From NCBI GenBank assembly GCA_029856435.1, contig JAHQXB010000106.1, positions 1 to 53,469 on the forward strand: a stretch of 53,469 nucleotides of DNA, written 5' to 3'. This stretch comes from Candidatus Jordarchaeia archaeon (lineage in GTDB: Archaea > Asgardarchaeota > Jordiarchaeia > Jordiarchaeales > Jordiarchaeaceae). A program made the translations under genes and the position numbers. Of the stretch, positions 1-9,884 are shown piece after piece. Position 1 is the first letter of the stretch. Each line of letters begins with the position of its first letter. Below the pieces are notes generated by a model. That model ran no database searches. It saw only the letters and a program-made list of their open reading frames with translations, and was not told where the DNA came from.

Positions 1-274
1 AAAGCCAACCAGAACCCCTGAAACAACAATTTTTTAACAAGTTCGGAAACACCCACTTCTCCAATCATCTAATCAAGGATTCAAGATAGAATATTCCTAC
101 ATACATTCTAAGCAAGTCCAAAATAGAAACAAGTTTAATACAGAGAGTTAATATATACATTTTTATGTCTATTTCTTGTGGTGAATGCCAACTATTTCAA
201 CATGAATCTAAAAAGTAGAATATAAATATGCGCTCATTTTTAAATGGAAAAAGTGAAAATATAAAGAATCATGG

Positions 275-895
275 GTGGGTGTGTTGACCAAGACCAGAAC
301 TCTAAAAAAAGCGATGCTGGAAATCAGCGGAAACATATCTAACGCAGTCCAAGAAATTGACGACAACCAAGTAAACCAGCTAGTCGAACTCTTAATTAAC
401 GGGTTAAAATCCGGCAGAAGAATCTTCGTAGTGGGGGCAGGGCGCTCCGGTCTAATGGTAAGAGCCTTCGCCATGCGACTCATGCACCTCGGATTTGAAG
501 TTTTCGTCATCGGAGAAACCATAACACCCGCCGTCACACCAAAAGACATACTAATCGCCATAAGTGGCTCTGGCACAACAAAACTCGTAGTAGAAAGCTC
601 ACGCATCGCCAAAAAAGAGGTGAACGCAACATTGGTGGTCATCACCTCCTATCCCGACTCCCCCCTAGCCCAACTGGCCGACCTAGTACTGACCATTCGC
701 GGCCGAACAAAAATAGACGGACAAAACGACTACATCCAGCGACAAATCAAAGGAGAACACTCCCCACTAACACCCTTAGGCACCCTATTTGAATCCACCG
801 TGCTAGCCTTCCTAGACGGCTTAATCACCGAATTAATGGAGAGACTGGGTGTGAAAGAAAAAGACCTAAAAGAACGCCACACAACAATAGAATAG
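275..895 (+). CDS. hxlB: 6-phospho-3-hexuloisomerase (SIS domain, RuMP pathway)
   Basis: Motifs GAGRSGL, VIGETITP, ISGSGTT and PLGTLFE are typical of PHI/HxlB. Confidence 0.9.
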   Translation: MGVLTKTRTLKKAMLEISGNISNAVQEIDDNQVNQLVELLINGLKSGRRIFVVGAGRSGLMVRAFAMRLMHLGFEVFVIGETITPAVTPKDILIAISGSGTTKLVVESSRIAKKEVNATLVVITSYPDSPLAQLADLVLTIRGRTKIDGQNDYIQRQIKGEHSPLTPLGTLFESTVLAFLDGLITELMERLGVKEKDLKERHTTIE

Positions 896-958
896 CCTCA
901 AAATTAAGAAAATAATATTTCGGAAACTAGCTCCACCCAATGGTTATCCCCTATTATA

Positions 959-2032
959 TTAAGGAGTTATTGACATAGTGTTTCCAGACCCAACTATTAC
1001 CACCTTTCCTTTTCCAAATCCCTCCATTAAATTTTCCAACTTTTCGATAATTCTGGGAACCGCACCCCGGACCTCATCACTCATCTTCGTGAAGTACTCC
1101 TCATTTGACATTTTAACAATCAAAGATATTAATGGTATTTTTCTCTGAGACGCTAACTCTTCCAACCTATACTTGTCAGGCTCAGAAACGAAGGCAACAC
1201 CAGTTGCAGGCGTTATGATAATAGATTTCTCTCCCTCAAGTCTAACCTCAGCCGTAACTATAACCACACCCGCCACATCTTCCTCCTCCTCTATTATCGC
1301 CTCCACAACCTTACCCAAATTCCTCATCCTAGCCCCCGGACCCTTAGGCTTAATCAATATTAAATCCCTCCCTCTATAATTTACTTCAGAAACAACAATC
1401 CCCTCCCTAACCTCAAAACGAGAATTACCTAACAGTTTCGCAACCACCAACGGCCCAATACCATTACCAATAGGCTGAGCATCCACATAAGCCTTAACCG
1501 CCTTAAAACGTATCCTAGCATCCCGAACCAAAAGCGACAAATTCATCGTCGCCTGCATCGTAGTCTCAAGACTCTTAGACATTTTACTCGACACATATAT
1601 CTCCCTCACCATTTTGTAAATCCTATTAAGAACCACCGCCTCCCTAAACATCTGCTTAAGATTCTCCACCTTTTCCAAATCCCCATCCGGCGCCAACGGT
1701 TTAACTAGACTCTCCAAAGCCCCATCACCAACATCAAGAAGATACTCCAAACGACCCATAACTCCCGAAGGATCCGTTTCTATGGGCGCAATAACGAAAT
1801 ATTCAATGACCCTCCCAAATCCCTCCTCCTTCTCCTCCACCGTCAACTTATCACTAAAACAAGATACTACCATAGAACGAGCTTCCTTAACCATCCTCGA
1901 AACCTCCCTAAGACTCTTACCCACCTTCCTCAACTCCAACATCAACATAATATCCCTCTGATAAATACAAAAAATACAAAACCCCATATAAAGCAGAAAA
2001 CTAACAATAGCCAAAACAGACTGTCCATCCAT
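959..2032 (-). CDS. DUF1512-like membrane-anchored protein (divergent)
   Basis: N-terminal TM helix; FxIAPxxxDPxG, QPIGNGIGP, IKPKGPGA, RLEGE and GSGNTM segments resemble archaeal DUF1512. Confidence 0.7.
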   Translation of the reverse strand: MDGQSVLAIVSFLLYMGFCIFCIYQRDIMLMLELRKVGKSLREVSRMVKEARSMVVSCFSDKLTVEEKEEGFGRVIEYFVIAPIETDPSGVMGRLEYLLDVGDGALESLVKPLAPDGDLEKVENLKQMFREAVVLNRIYKMVREIYVSSKMSKSLETTMQATMNLSLLVRDARIRFKAVKAYVDAQPIGNGIGPLVVAKLLGNSRFEVREGIVVSEVNYRGRDLILIKPKGPGARMRNLGKVVEAIIEEEEDVAGVVIVTAEVRLEGEKSIIITPATGVAFVSEPDKYRLEELASQRKIPLISLIVKMSNEEYFTKMSDEVRGAVPRIIEKLENLMEGFGKGKVVIVGSGNTMSITP

Positions 2033-2472
2033 CTAAAATACCCCTACAACACTCAAATCCACAACAAACCAACCATACCAAATATACACACTCACACCAA
2101 TACACAGCTTCAAACGGACCAAAAACCTCTTTCGACCCGTTTGAAAACACCAAACCAATCCACAAAAAAATACGCAAAAAACCTTTTAAATTCTTCCAGA
2201 ATACCAAAAACACAAACCAAAAATCACCAAGAACCCTTCGCCTAACAACAAAAACATCCAAACCCCAAAATCCACAAAAAATTAGAAAACACACATATGG
2301 TGGAAACATCAAAGGACATGAAAACAAAAATCCACAAACAATAAAACCCCAAAAAAACCAAAAACGAAGACCATACCCAGTCAATAAATACTAAAAAAAC
2401 TACAAATAACCTAATGTGTTTTAGAAAGTGCAAATAAGTTTTCCACAACAAATAAAAAAGCGGTGCCCCACA

Positions 2473-3465
2473 ATGGCCATAGTCGAAACAAACAACCTAA
2501 CAAAAATCTACGGCGGAAAATTCACCGCAGTGGACCACATAAGCTTCCAAGTACAAGAAGGAGAAATATTCGGATTCCTAGGACCAAATGGAGCCGGAAA
2601 AACAACCACCGTACATATGCTATGCACCCTAACCCAAATAACCGAAGGAGAAGCCAAAATAGCAGGAATAGACGTAAAAAAACAACCAGACGAAGTAAGA
2701 AAAAAAATAGGACTAGTACCCCAAGACATAAGCGTAGACGACGAACTCACAGCAAAAGAAAACATGGAACTACACGGCAAACTCTATCACATGCCCAAAA
2801 GCCTCATACAACAAAGAATACCCGAACTCCTCCAAATCGTAGAACTAACCGAATGGCAAAACACCCTAGTCAAAAAATTCTCCGGCGGAATGCGCCGCAG
2901 ACTAGAAATCGCCGAAGGACTAATGCACCACCCAGACATACTATTCCTTGACGAACCTACCCTTGGGCTCGATCCTGCAAGTCGTACTAGTATTTGGGAG
3001 TATGTTAGGAAGCTGAATGAGGAGGGTATCACGATTTTTATGACCACTCATTATATGGATGAGGCTGATAAGCTGTGTGATCGTATTGCGATTATTGATT
3101 ATGGGAAGATTGTGAATACTGGTTCTCCGGAGGAGCTTAAGGGGATGCTAGGTGGGGATGTGGTTACGGTGCATGCTAATGATAGAGAGAAGTTTCTGAG
3201 CCACATTAAGACTTTGGATTTTGTTACTGAGGTTTTGCCGCAGGAGGATGGTATTCGGTTGACGGTTGATAGGGGTGAGACTGCGATACCCAAGTTGTTT
3301 CAGGAGGCGAGCAGGATTGGTGTGAGTATAGATAATATTTCTTTGAGTCGTCCCACTCTTGACGATGTTTTCATAAAGTTTACGGGTAGGAGTCTTAGGG
3401 AGGAGAAAGCGGACAGGATTGAGTTATTTAAGAGAATGATGTTAATGAAGAGAAGAAGGCGTTAA
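2473..3465 (+). CDS. ABC exporter ATP-binding subunit (DrrA family)
   Basis: Walker A GPNGAGKTT, signature FSGGM, Walker B ILFLDEPT, H-loop TTHYM; ATG at 2473 chosen as the start. Confidence 0.95.
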   Translation: MAIVETNNLTKIYGGKFTAVDHISFQVQEGEIFGFLGPNGAGKTTTVHMLCTLTQITEGEAKIAGIDVKKQPDEVRKKIGLVPQDISVDDELTAKENMELHGKLYHMPKSLIQQRIPELLQIVELTEWQNTLVKKFSGGMRRRLEIAEGLMHHPDILFLDEPTLGLDPASRTSIWEYVRKLNEEGITIFMTTHYMDEADKLCDRIAIIDYGKIVNTGSPEELKGMLGGDVVTVHANDREKFLSHIKTLDFVTEVLPQEDGIRLTVDRGETAIPKLFQEASRIGVSIDNISLSRPTLDDVFIKFTGRSLREEKADRIELFKRMMLMKRRRR

Positions 3466-3469
3466 TAGT

Positions 3470-4363
3470 ATGTTGAGTGAGTCTTGGTATGTGGCTTTAA
3501 GGGAGATTAAGCATTTTTATAGGCGAAGGATTCAGATTGTTACTTCTCTGGCTACTCCTGTGATTTGGTTGGCGTTGTTTGGTTATGCGCTTAGTGGGGG
3601 TTTGCCTGGGTTTAATTTGAGTAGTCTTGGGATTGAGGGTATTCCCACTTTGCTTACCTTTTTTGTTTTGTCTCTGAATCTTGAACTTTGGCAGAGTTAC
3701 TTTCTTTTGAATTTGACTACCACGAGTTATCTCTCTTTTCTCTCTCCGGGTATTGTGGCTATGACCGTTATGTTTACTGGGATGTTTGCGGGTGTTTCTA
3801 TAGTGTTTGATAGGAGGTTTGGCTATCTTAATAAGTTGTTGGTTAGTCCGATTCCTAGGAGTTCGATAATGTTTGGTAAAATGATTTCGGCAACGGTTAG
3901 GGCGATGATGCAGGGGTTGATAGTCATGGGTTTGGCTATAGTTTTGGGTGCGAAAATGAACACGGGTCTATGGGGGGTTGTGATAGCTGTGCCATATATG
4001 ATTATGTTCACCTTAGGTTTCTCAGGGTTATCTACAGCGGTTGGTATTAAGATGGCGGAGCATGAGGAGTTTTTTGGAGTTATTAATCTCATACTTCTGC
4101 CTCTGTTTTTTGCTTCTGGGGCTCTTGTTCCAGTTCAACTGATGCCGGGTTGGTTGCAGGTTGTAGCTTATTTTAATCCTTTAACATATGCTGTGGATGC
4201 AATAAGGTGTGCTATGCTGGGGGGGACCTTTGGGCCTTTGGGTGGTGAGTATGCCCTAATAGGGATTGGAGGGAATCTTCTTGTGGATGCTGTTGTATTA
4301 ACTCTATTTATAGTGATTATGGTTTCTATAGGAGTAACCATTTTTAGAAGGTCGCTTAAATGA
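3470..4363 (+). CDS. ABC-2 type permease, paralog 1
   Basis: Multi-TM protein; DRRFGYLNKLLVSPIPRSSI and NPLTYAVDA motifs. Confidence 0.9.
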   Translation: MLSESWYVALREIKHFYRRRIQIVTSLATPVIWLALFGYALSGGLPGFNLSSLGIEGIPTLLTFFVLSLNLELWQSYFLLNLTTTSYLSFLSPGIVAMTVMFTGMFAGVSIVFDRRFGYLNKLLVSPIPRSSIMFGKMISATVRAMMQGLIVMGLAIVLGAKMNTGLWGVVIAVPYMIMFTLGFSGLSTAVGIKMAEHEEFFGVINLILLPLFFASGALVPVQLMPGWLQVVAYFNPLTYAVDAIRCAMLGGTFGPLGGEYALIGIGGNLLVDAVVLTLFIVIMVSIGVTIFRRSLK

Positions 4364-4402
4364 AAAATTTTGAACAGCTAACTTTAGTTTAATCAGAATG
4401 GT

Positions 4403-5314
4403 TTGGTGGTGGAAAAGCTTTTGTTTAAAGAGGCGTGGTATGTAACGGAAAGGGAGCTGAGACATTTTGTGCGAAGAAAAGTGCAGGTGTTAACTTCATT
4501 CATACAGCCTGCGGTCTGGCTGGGGTTCTTTGGCTACGCAATAAGTTCAGGGATTCCGGGTTTGGGTGGTGCAATTTTTGGTGGTCGGGGACTACTAAAT
4601 ATTATTCAATTTTTTGTTTATTTTCTTCCAATCGGTGAACCTCTAAAATCTATCCTATTAACCAGTTATGGTATTCAGTATCTTGATTTTTTGGCGACTG
4701 GAATTATTGCCGCCACCGTTATGGTTACAGCCTTTATGTCTGGGATAAGCATTATTTGGGATAAGAGGTTTGGATATATTACCAAGTTGTTGGTGGCTCC
4801 GATTCCCAGATCCTCTATTATGTTGGGAAAGATGATGTCGTCTACTATTAGAAGCCTAATACAAGCTTTAGTAGTTGTTGTGCTGGCAGTGCTATTGGGA
4901 GCTAAAATTTACACTGGTATATTGGGCGTTGCTATCAGCATTCCCTTCATGATAGTTTTCGCAGCAGGTCTCTCCGGCCTCTCGGTAGCATTGGGAATCA
5001 AGCTGGCGGATCATGAGGTCTTCTTCGGCGTATTTCAAATGATTCTACTTCCCCTATTTTTTGCTAGTTCGGCGATTGTCCCCCTGGCCTCCATGCCCAA
5101 TTGGTTGCAGTTTGTTGCTCAGGGAAACCCATTAACCTACGCTGTTGATGCCACTAGGCTGGCCCTATTTGGTGGTCTGTATATGCCAATCAACTGGAAC
5201 TTGTTTGTTTTGGGAGTCGGAGGCTCCCTACTATTAGATTTTGTGGTGCTGATGGTGATATTTGTAGTTATGGTAGTTACGGGAGCTCTACTATTCAGAA
5301 AATATACCCTTTAG
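4403..5314 (+). CDS. ABC-2 type permease, paralog 2
   Basis: DKRFGYITKLLVAPIPRSSI and NPLTYAVDA motifs. Confidence 0.9.
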   Translation: MVVEKLLFKEAWYVTERELRHFVRRKVQVLTSFIQPAVWLGFFGYAISSGIPGLGGAIFGGRGLLNIIQFFVYFLPIGEPLKSILLTSYGIQYLDFLATGIIAATVMVTAFMSGISIIWDKRFGYITKLLVAPIPRSSIMLGKMMSSTIRSLIQALVVVVLAVLLGAKIYTGILGVAISIPFMIVFAAGLSGLSVALGIKLADHEVFFGVFQMILLPLFFASSAIVPLASMPNWLQFVAQGNPLTYAVDATRLALFGGLYMPINWNLFVLGVGGSLLLDFVVLMVIFVVMVVTGALLFRKYTL

Positions 5315-5400
5315 GCTCCCTTTTCCAATTTCTCCATAATGTGAGAATTAGTGTTTTAGTGGGGTCGAGTTTTTTCTTGAAAATTTTTTGATGGCAGAGC

Positions 5401-5407
5401 TTATAAA
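5401..5407 (+). promoter_or_regulatory. Possible TATA box upstream of the third permease
   Basis: TTATAAA about 30 nt upstream of ATG 5436, following T-rich tracts after the permease 2 stop. Confidence 0.3.
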
Positions 5408-5435
5408 CCGAATTTAGAATCGTTTCTCAGAGGTA

Positions 5436-6329
5436 ATGTGCTACATGTTGGCAGAGGCTTGGCAAATAGCTCAAAGGGATATGAAACATTATTTTCGGCA
5501 AAGAATTCAGTTTGCCACATCGCTGATCACCCCCTTGGTCTGGCTAATCTTCTTTGGATTTGCCTTCAATGGAGGTATGCCACTCTATAACTACAACTTA
5601 TCAGGGAACGTGCAGGGCGCAAGTATTACCTCTTTGCTTCTGCTATTTTTTCCATCTTCACCTGTAAGATATGTTTTGCTGAACATATTTAGTGTTAATT
5701 ATATCGATTTCTACGCGTCGGGTGTGGTGGCGGCTTCAGTAATGTTTATGGCGGCATTTTCCGGCGCTTCAATATTTTGGGATAAAAGTATGGGTTTCCT
5801 AACTAAGCTGCTAGTATCCCCTATTCCCCGCACATCCATTATACTAGGAAAACTCACATCAACTGTACTGAGAAGTCTAATACAAGGCATAATTATGCTC
5901 GCACTAGTGCCCTTAATAGGAGTAAAAATTAACACCGGATTCTACGTTATACTCACCATCCCCTTCCTGGTTCTGTTAACCATGGGTTTTTCAGCAATCT
6001 CAACGGCCGTTGGACTAAAAATCGCAGGGCATGAGTTCTTCGAACTAATAAACCTCTTCCTAATGCCCATATTTTTTGTAAGTGGAACCATAATACCCGT
6101 TGAAGCAATGCCCCAATGGCTACAGGTAATTGCCCGCTTTAACCCTCTAGCCTACGCTGTAGATGGAATAAGAAAACTTATGCTGGGCGGGCAATTGGGA
6201 AAACTGGGAGGAGGATTCGCAACTATGGATATTTTACCCTCATTATTATTCGATGCCTCTGTTCTACTATTGTTCTTATCAGCTTCGGTACTGGTATCAG
6301 TTATCCTTGCAAGAAGGGCTCTAATCTAA
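5436..6329 (+). CDS. ABC-2 type permease, paralog 3
   Basis: DKSMGFLTKLLVSPIPRTSI and NPLAYAVDG motifs. Confidence 0.9.
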   Translation: MCYMLAEAWQIAQRDMKHYFRQRIQFATSLITPLVWLIFFGFAFNGGMPLYNYNLSGNVQGASITSLLLLFFPSSPVRYVLLNIFSVNYIDFYASGVVAASVMFMAAFSGASIFWDKSMGFLTKLLVSPIPRTSIILGKLTSTVLRSLIQGIIMLALVPLIGVKINTGFYVILTIPFLVLLTMGFSAISTAVGLKIAGHEFFELINLFLMPIFFVSGTIIPVEAMPQWLQVIARFNPLAYAVDGIRKLMLGGQLGKLGGGFATMDILPSLLFDASVLLLFLSASVLVSVILARRALI

Positions 6330-6409
6330 ATATTCACCAATAACTAGAAAAGTATACTTTACCTAGTTTTAACTATATTCGGTAAAAGGGTTTCTTTTGG
6401 TGTAAACTT

Positions 6410-7570
6410 ATGGGAAATGGTTGGAAGGACTTTGTACTGGAATCTGGAGTATACTTTATGAGTGGAAATGAAGCATGCGCTGAAGGGGCGATAACTGCGG
6501 GTTGCAGGTTTTTTGCCGGCTACCCCATTACCCCTGCTACTGAAATTATGGAAGTTATGGCTCGTAGGATGCCCGAGGTTGGTGGTGTTTTTCTCCAATG
6601 TGAGGACGAAATATCCTCCATTGCTGCAGTGCTGGGCGCTGTGTTGGCTGGCGCGAAGGGCATGACTGCTACCAGCGGTCCAGGCTTTTCTCTTATGCAG
6701 GAGAATTTGGGTTGGGCGGTTATGTGTGAGATTCCCTGTGTGGTTGTGGATTGTCAACGCGCTGGTCCGAGCACTGGTTTGCCTACCCGCATTTCTCAGG
6801 GGGATGTCATGCAATGTCTTTGGGGTAGACATGGGGACAATATGATTGTAGCTCTGGCTCCGAACACTCCTCAGGAAATGTTTGACTTAACTATTCGCGC
6901 ATTTAACATTGCGGAAACCTTCCGGGTTCCAGTCATATTATTGGCAGACGAAGAGGTAGCCCACGTAAGGGAGAAGGTTGAAATTCCAAACCATGATGAG
7001 TTAAAATTGGTTTGGCGAAGAAATCCTAAAGTCCCACCAAAAGAATTTTTGCCTTTCAAACCTGACGCGCAAGGGGTTCCCCCACCACTGCCCACTCTCG
7101 GTGCAGGCTACCACTTCCACTTTACAGGTTTGAGCCATGATGAGAAAGGGTACCCCATAGATGATCCAGAAAAGCACTTGGAACTTGTGAGACGTTTAAG
7201 GGACAAGCTAGTCAACAACTCTAAAGAGTTTACCTACTTTGAGAAGCGTGATTCTCACGATTCAAGAATAGCAGTTGTTTCTTTTGGAAGTGTTTCCAGA
7301 GTAGCTTTGGGAGCAGTTATTGAGGCGGAGAAGGAGGGAATACCTGTTAACTATTTGCGTTTGATTACTATTTGGCCTTTCCCTTACGATGAGGTGCACA
7401 AAATTGCAGGCGGAGTGGATTACATATTGGTTCCCGAATTGAACGCTGGTCAACTAGTTCATAATGTAACCGAAGCGGCTAAGGGAAAAGCCCAAGTGGT
7501 TCCCCTTATGGGTATAGCTAGGCAATTCAAACCCAAAGAGATTCTCGACGCTATAAAAAAGCTCTTGTGA
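6410..7570 (+). CDS. korA: 2-oxoacid:ferredoxin oxidoreductase alpha subunit
   Basis: GNEACAEGA, AGYPITPATE, EDEI, TSGPGFSLMQE, QRAGPSTGLPT; substrate specificity unknown. Confidence 0.9.
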   Translation: MGNGWKDFVLESGVYFMSGNEACAEGAITAGCRFFAGYPITPATEIMEVMARRMPEVGGVFLQCEDEISSIAAVLGAVLAGAKGMTATSGPGFSLMQENLGWAVMCEIPCVVVDCQRAGPSTGLPTRISQGDVMQCLWGRHGDNMIVALAPNTPQEMFDLTIRAFNIAETFRVPVILLADEEVAHVREKVEIPNHDELKLVWRRNPKVPPKEFLPFKPDAQGVPPPLPTLGAGYHFHFTGLSHDEKGYPIDDPEKHLELVRRLRDKLVNNSKEFTYFEKRDSHDSRIAVVSFGSVSRVALGAVIEAEKEGIPVNYLRLITIWPFPYDEVHKIAGGVDYILVPELNAGQLVHNVTEAAKGKAQVVPLMGIARQFKPKEILDAIKKLL

Positions 7571-7594
7571 GTAAAATTTGGAGGATGTGGCAAA

Positions 7595-8482
7595 TTGGGT
7601 GAGAAAACTACTCTGATTCAGCCTCTTAGAAGGTATTTACGGGAGGATAGGCTTCCCACAGTTTTCTGTCCGGGTTGTGGTAATGGAATAATAATGAACT
7701 GTACCCTACGGGCTATAGATGAATTGGGTATTAACATAGATGACATAGTTTTTGTTTCTGGAATAGGATGCTCAGGTAGAATACCAGGATACATTGATGC
7801 TGACAGTCTGCATGTGACACATGGTAGAGCTGTAGCCTTCGCCACAGGAATCAAACTATTCAACCCCGACTTTGAAGTAATTGTCTTCACTGGGAACGGA
7901 GACAGTGGGGCAATTGGAATATCACATCTGGTGCACGCCGCTAGAAGAAATATAGACATTAATGTGATTAGTGTCAACAATTTGGTTTACGCTTTGACCG
8001 GCAGCCAGACGAGTCCCACCACTCCTGTGGGAGCCTACACGTATACTTCTCCCTACGGTAGTGTGGAGGGCTTTTTTGACCTCTGTGAGTTGGTTACCAG
8101 TGCTGGCGCTAGTTACGTGGCTCGATGGAGCACCGTTCAGCCTCAGAGAATAATAAGTTCCATAATTAAAGGCATACAGAAAAAGGGATTTACCTACATA
8201 GAAGTTATCAGTCAGTGTCCAACCCAGTTCGGAAGAAAAAACGAGATGCCCGACCCCAAGCAACTCATGGATTGGTTCAGGGAGCGCACCGTGAAACTAG
8301 AAGTTGCAAAGAAGCTTCCTCCAAGAAAAATAAGCGGGAAACTGATACTGGGGGAATTCGCTGACAGGGATAGACCTGAAATGGCTAACGAGTACAGAAA
8401 GCTCATTGAGGGGGTGCAGAGGGGAACCATTAAATTGAAAAGGCCGCAGTTGGATTGGCTTGAATTGTCTTTTAGAGAGTGA
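7595..8482 (+). CDS. korB: 2-oxoacid:ferredoxin oxidoreductase beta subunit (TPP-binding)
   Basis: FCPGCGNG, SGIGCSGR, HGRA, SQCPTQFGR; the TPP motif reads GNGD. Confidence 0.88.
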   Translation: MGEKTTLIQPLRRYLREDRLPTVFCPGCGNGIIMNCTLRAIDELGINIDDIVFVSGIGCSGRIPGYIDADSLHVTHGRAVAFATGIKLFNPDFEVIVFTGNGDSGAIGISHLVHAARRNIDINVISVNNLVYALTGSQTSPTTPVGAYTYTSPYGSVEGFFDLCELVTSAGASYVARWSTVQPQRIISSIIKGIQKKGFTYIEVISQCPTQFGRKNEMPDPKQLMDWFRERTVKLEVAKKLPPRKISGKLILGEFADRDRPEMANEYRKLIEGVQRGTIKLKRPQLDWLELSFRE

Positions 8483-8495
8483 GTGGTGTTTGGAG

Positions 8496-9065
8496 TTGAC
8501 TACACAAATACAGTTTGTTGGAAGTGGCGGGCAGGGAATTGTGCTTTTAGGCTTTATTCTTTCACGCGCTGCTGTGATTTATGAGGAAAAAAACGCTACC
8601 AACATTCAGAGTTACGGCTCCAGAGTGAGAGGGGGTTCAACTGTATCTGACGTTATCATTTCAGACAGCGAAATTGTTTGCCCTATTATAACTAATCCAG
8701 ACATCTTGGTGATTATGTCAGAAGAATCGCTAGAAGAATTTACAAGCAACTTGAAGGAGGGAGGATTGCTACTAATAGATGAGAACGTCAAAATCTCCGT
8801 GCAGAAAAATTTTAGAATTTTCAGAATTCCCGCCATTAAAATCGCCGAGTCCGAGTTCAAGTCTAAGACGCCTGCTAACCTTATAATGCTTGGGGCTCTA
8901 ATTGGGGTAACTGACATTGTTTCAGAAGAATCAATTTTAAACGCGTTACTTGATGTGATGCTGGAACTAGACTTGAGAGAAAGCATAAAGGAGAGAAATA
9001 TTCAAGCACTAATAAGAGGAGTTAAACTCGGAAAAGATCTAGCCAAAAAGAATTCTGGAGATTAA
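8496..9065 (+). CDS. korC: 2-oxoacid:ferredoxin oxidoreductase gamma subunit
   Basis: GSGGQG, YGSRVRGG, NLIMLGAL; TTG start at 8496 after GGAG. Confidence 0.88.
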   Translation: MTTQIQFVGSGGQGIVLLGFILSRAAVIYEEKNATNIQSYGSRVRGGSTVSDVIISDSEIVCPIITNPDILVIMSEESLEEFTSNLKEGGLLLIDENVKISVQKNFRIFRIPAIKIAESEFKSKTPANLIMLGALIGVTDIVSEESILNALLDVMLELDLRESIKERNIQALIRGVKLGKDLAKKNSGD

Positions 9066-9207
9066 TTTTTCTCAAAAAAATGGTGGTTTTTCGGATTTTT
9101 TCTGTAATCTTATTCCAAAAAACTTATTGTTTTTTTTATTAATCTAAAACAATTTAATATTTACCCAATTGAAATCATTTATTAGACTGAATTTGTTTAT
9201 ATTTTAA

Positions 9208-9642
9208 ATGGTGAGTTGTTTGTCTGAAAACGATGAAGACAGAATACCGCGAGTCTGGGCGGGGAGATTTAACCGTTGTTGGCTTCTCGCAATGTTTGTT
9301 CAACACACGCTCCTAGCTAGGGAAGGAATAACCGTCCCTTCAACACAGGAAATGATGAGAATGAATCCGGGGATTGACATAGCGGAGGCGATTAACTTAC
9401 AGAGACAAGAATACGGCGCTGAAGTGGATTGGGAAAAGCAGACCATTATTGTAAGATACAAATCAAGAAGGTATGACATAACCGAATTGATTATTGAAAT
9501 TGTTAACGAGTGCACCTATGGAGATATTATTGACGAGTTGAGCGTAGACACAAAGGGATTCGACTTTACAAGTGCAATAGGTCGGGCTCAGAAAAACATT
9601 ATATCCAAAATTGTGAGCGGTAAACTTCCGCACAAAAAGTAA
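9208..9642 (+). CDS. Hypothetical protein
   Basis: 144-aa ORF with globular composition between AT-rich spacers; no family recognised. Confidence 0.6.
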   Translation: MVSCLSENDEDRIPRVWAGRFNRCWLLAMFVQHTLLAREGITVPSTQEMMRMNPGIDIAEAINLQRQEYGAEVDWEKQTIIVRYKSRRYDITELIIEIVNECTYGDIIDELSVDTKGFDFTSAIGRAQKNIISKIVSGKLPHKK

Positions 9643-9884
9643 AAATATACATGAACTTGTGTTTCTAAAATAATTCATCATTTAAAAGAAATTTCTAAAT
9701 TGTGGCATTTAAAAAATAAAGAATTTTTGATAAAGTATGCTTTTTCCTTTACAAAAGAGTTTTTAAGTAAGTGTTCTAAATCTGTTCTATTAAACTTGTG
9801 AACCTTAAAATTTCCTTATTCAGTTCGGTTAGTTTAATCTTGTTTTTTCATTTGTTGCTTTTAATTTTTAGAGGATTGAAAAAT

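Noticed and set aside
1-68. Possible 5' end of a minus-strand gene (MIGEVGVSELVKKLLF...)
   Set aside because: Too short and truncated to support.
2001-2951. ORFs 2001-2384, 2242-2451 and 2463-2951
   Set aside because: Low-complexity F/V/W- or R/N/T-rich translations produced by the extreme AC skew, which suppresses stop codons; they overlap real genes.
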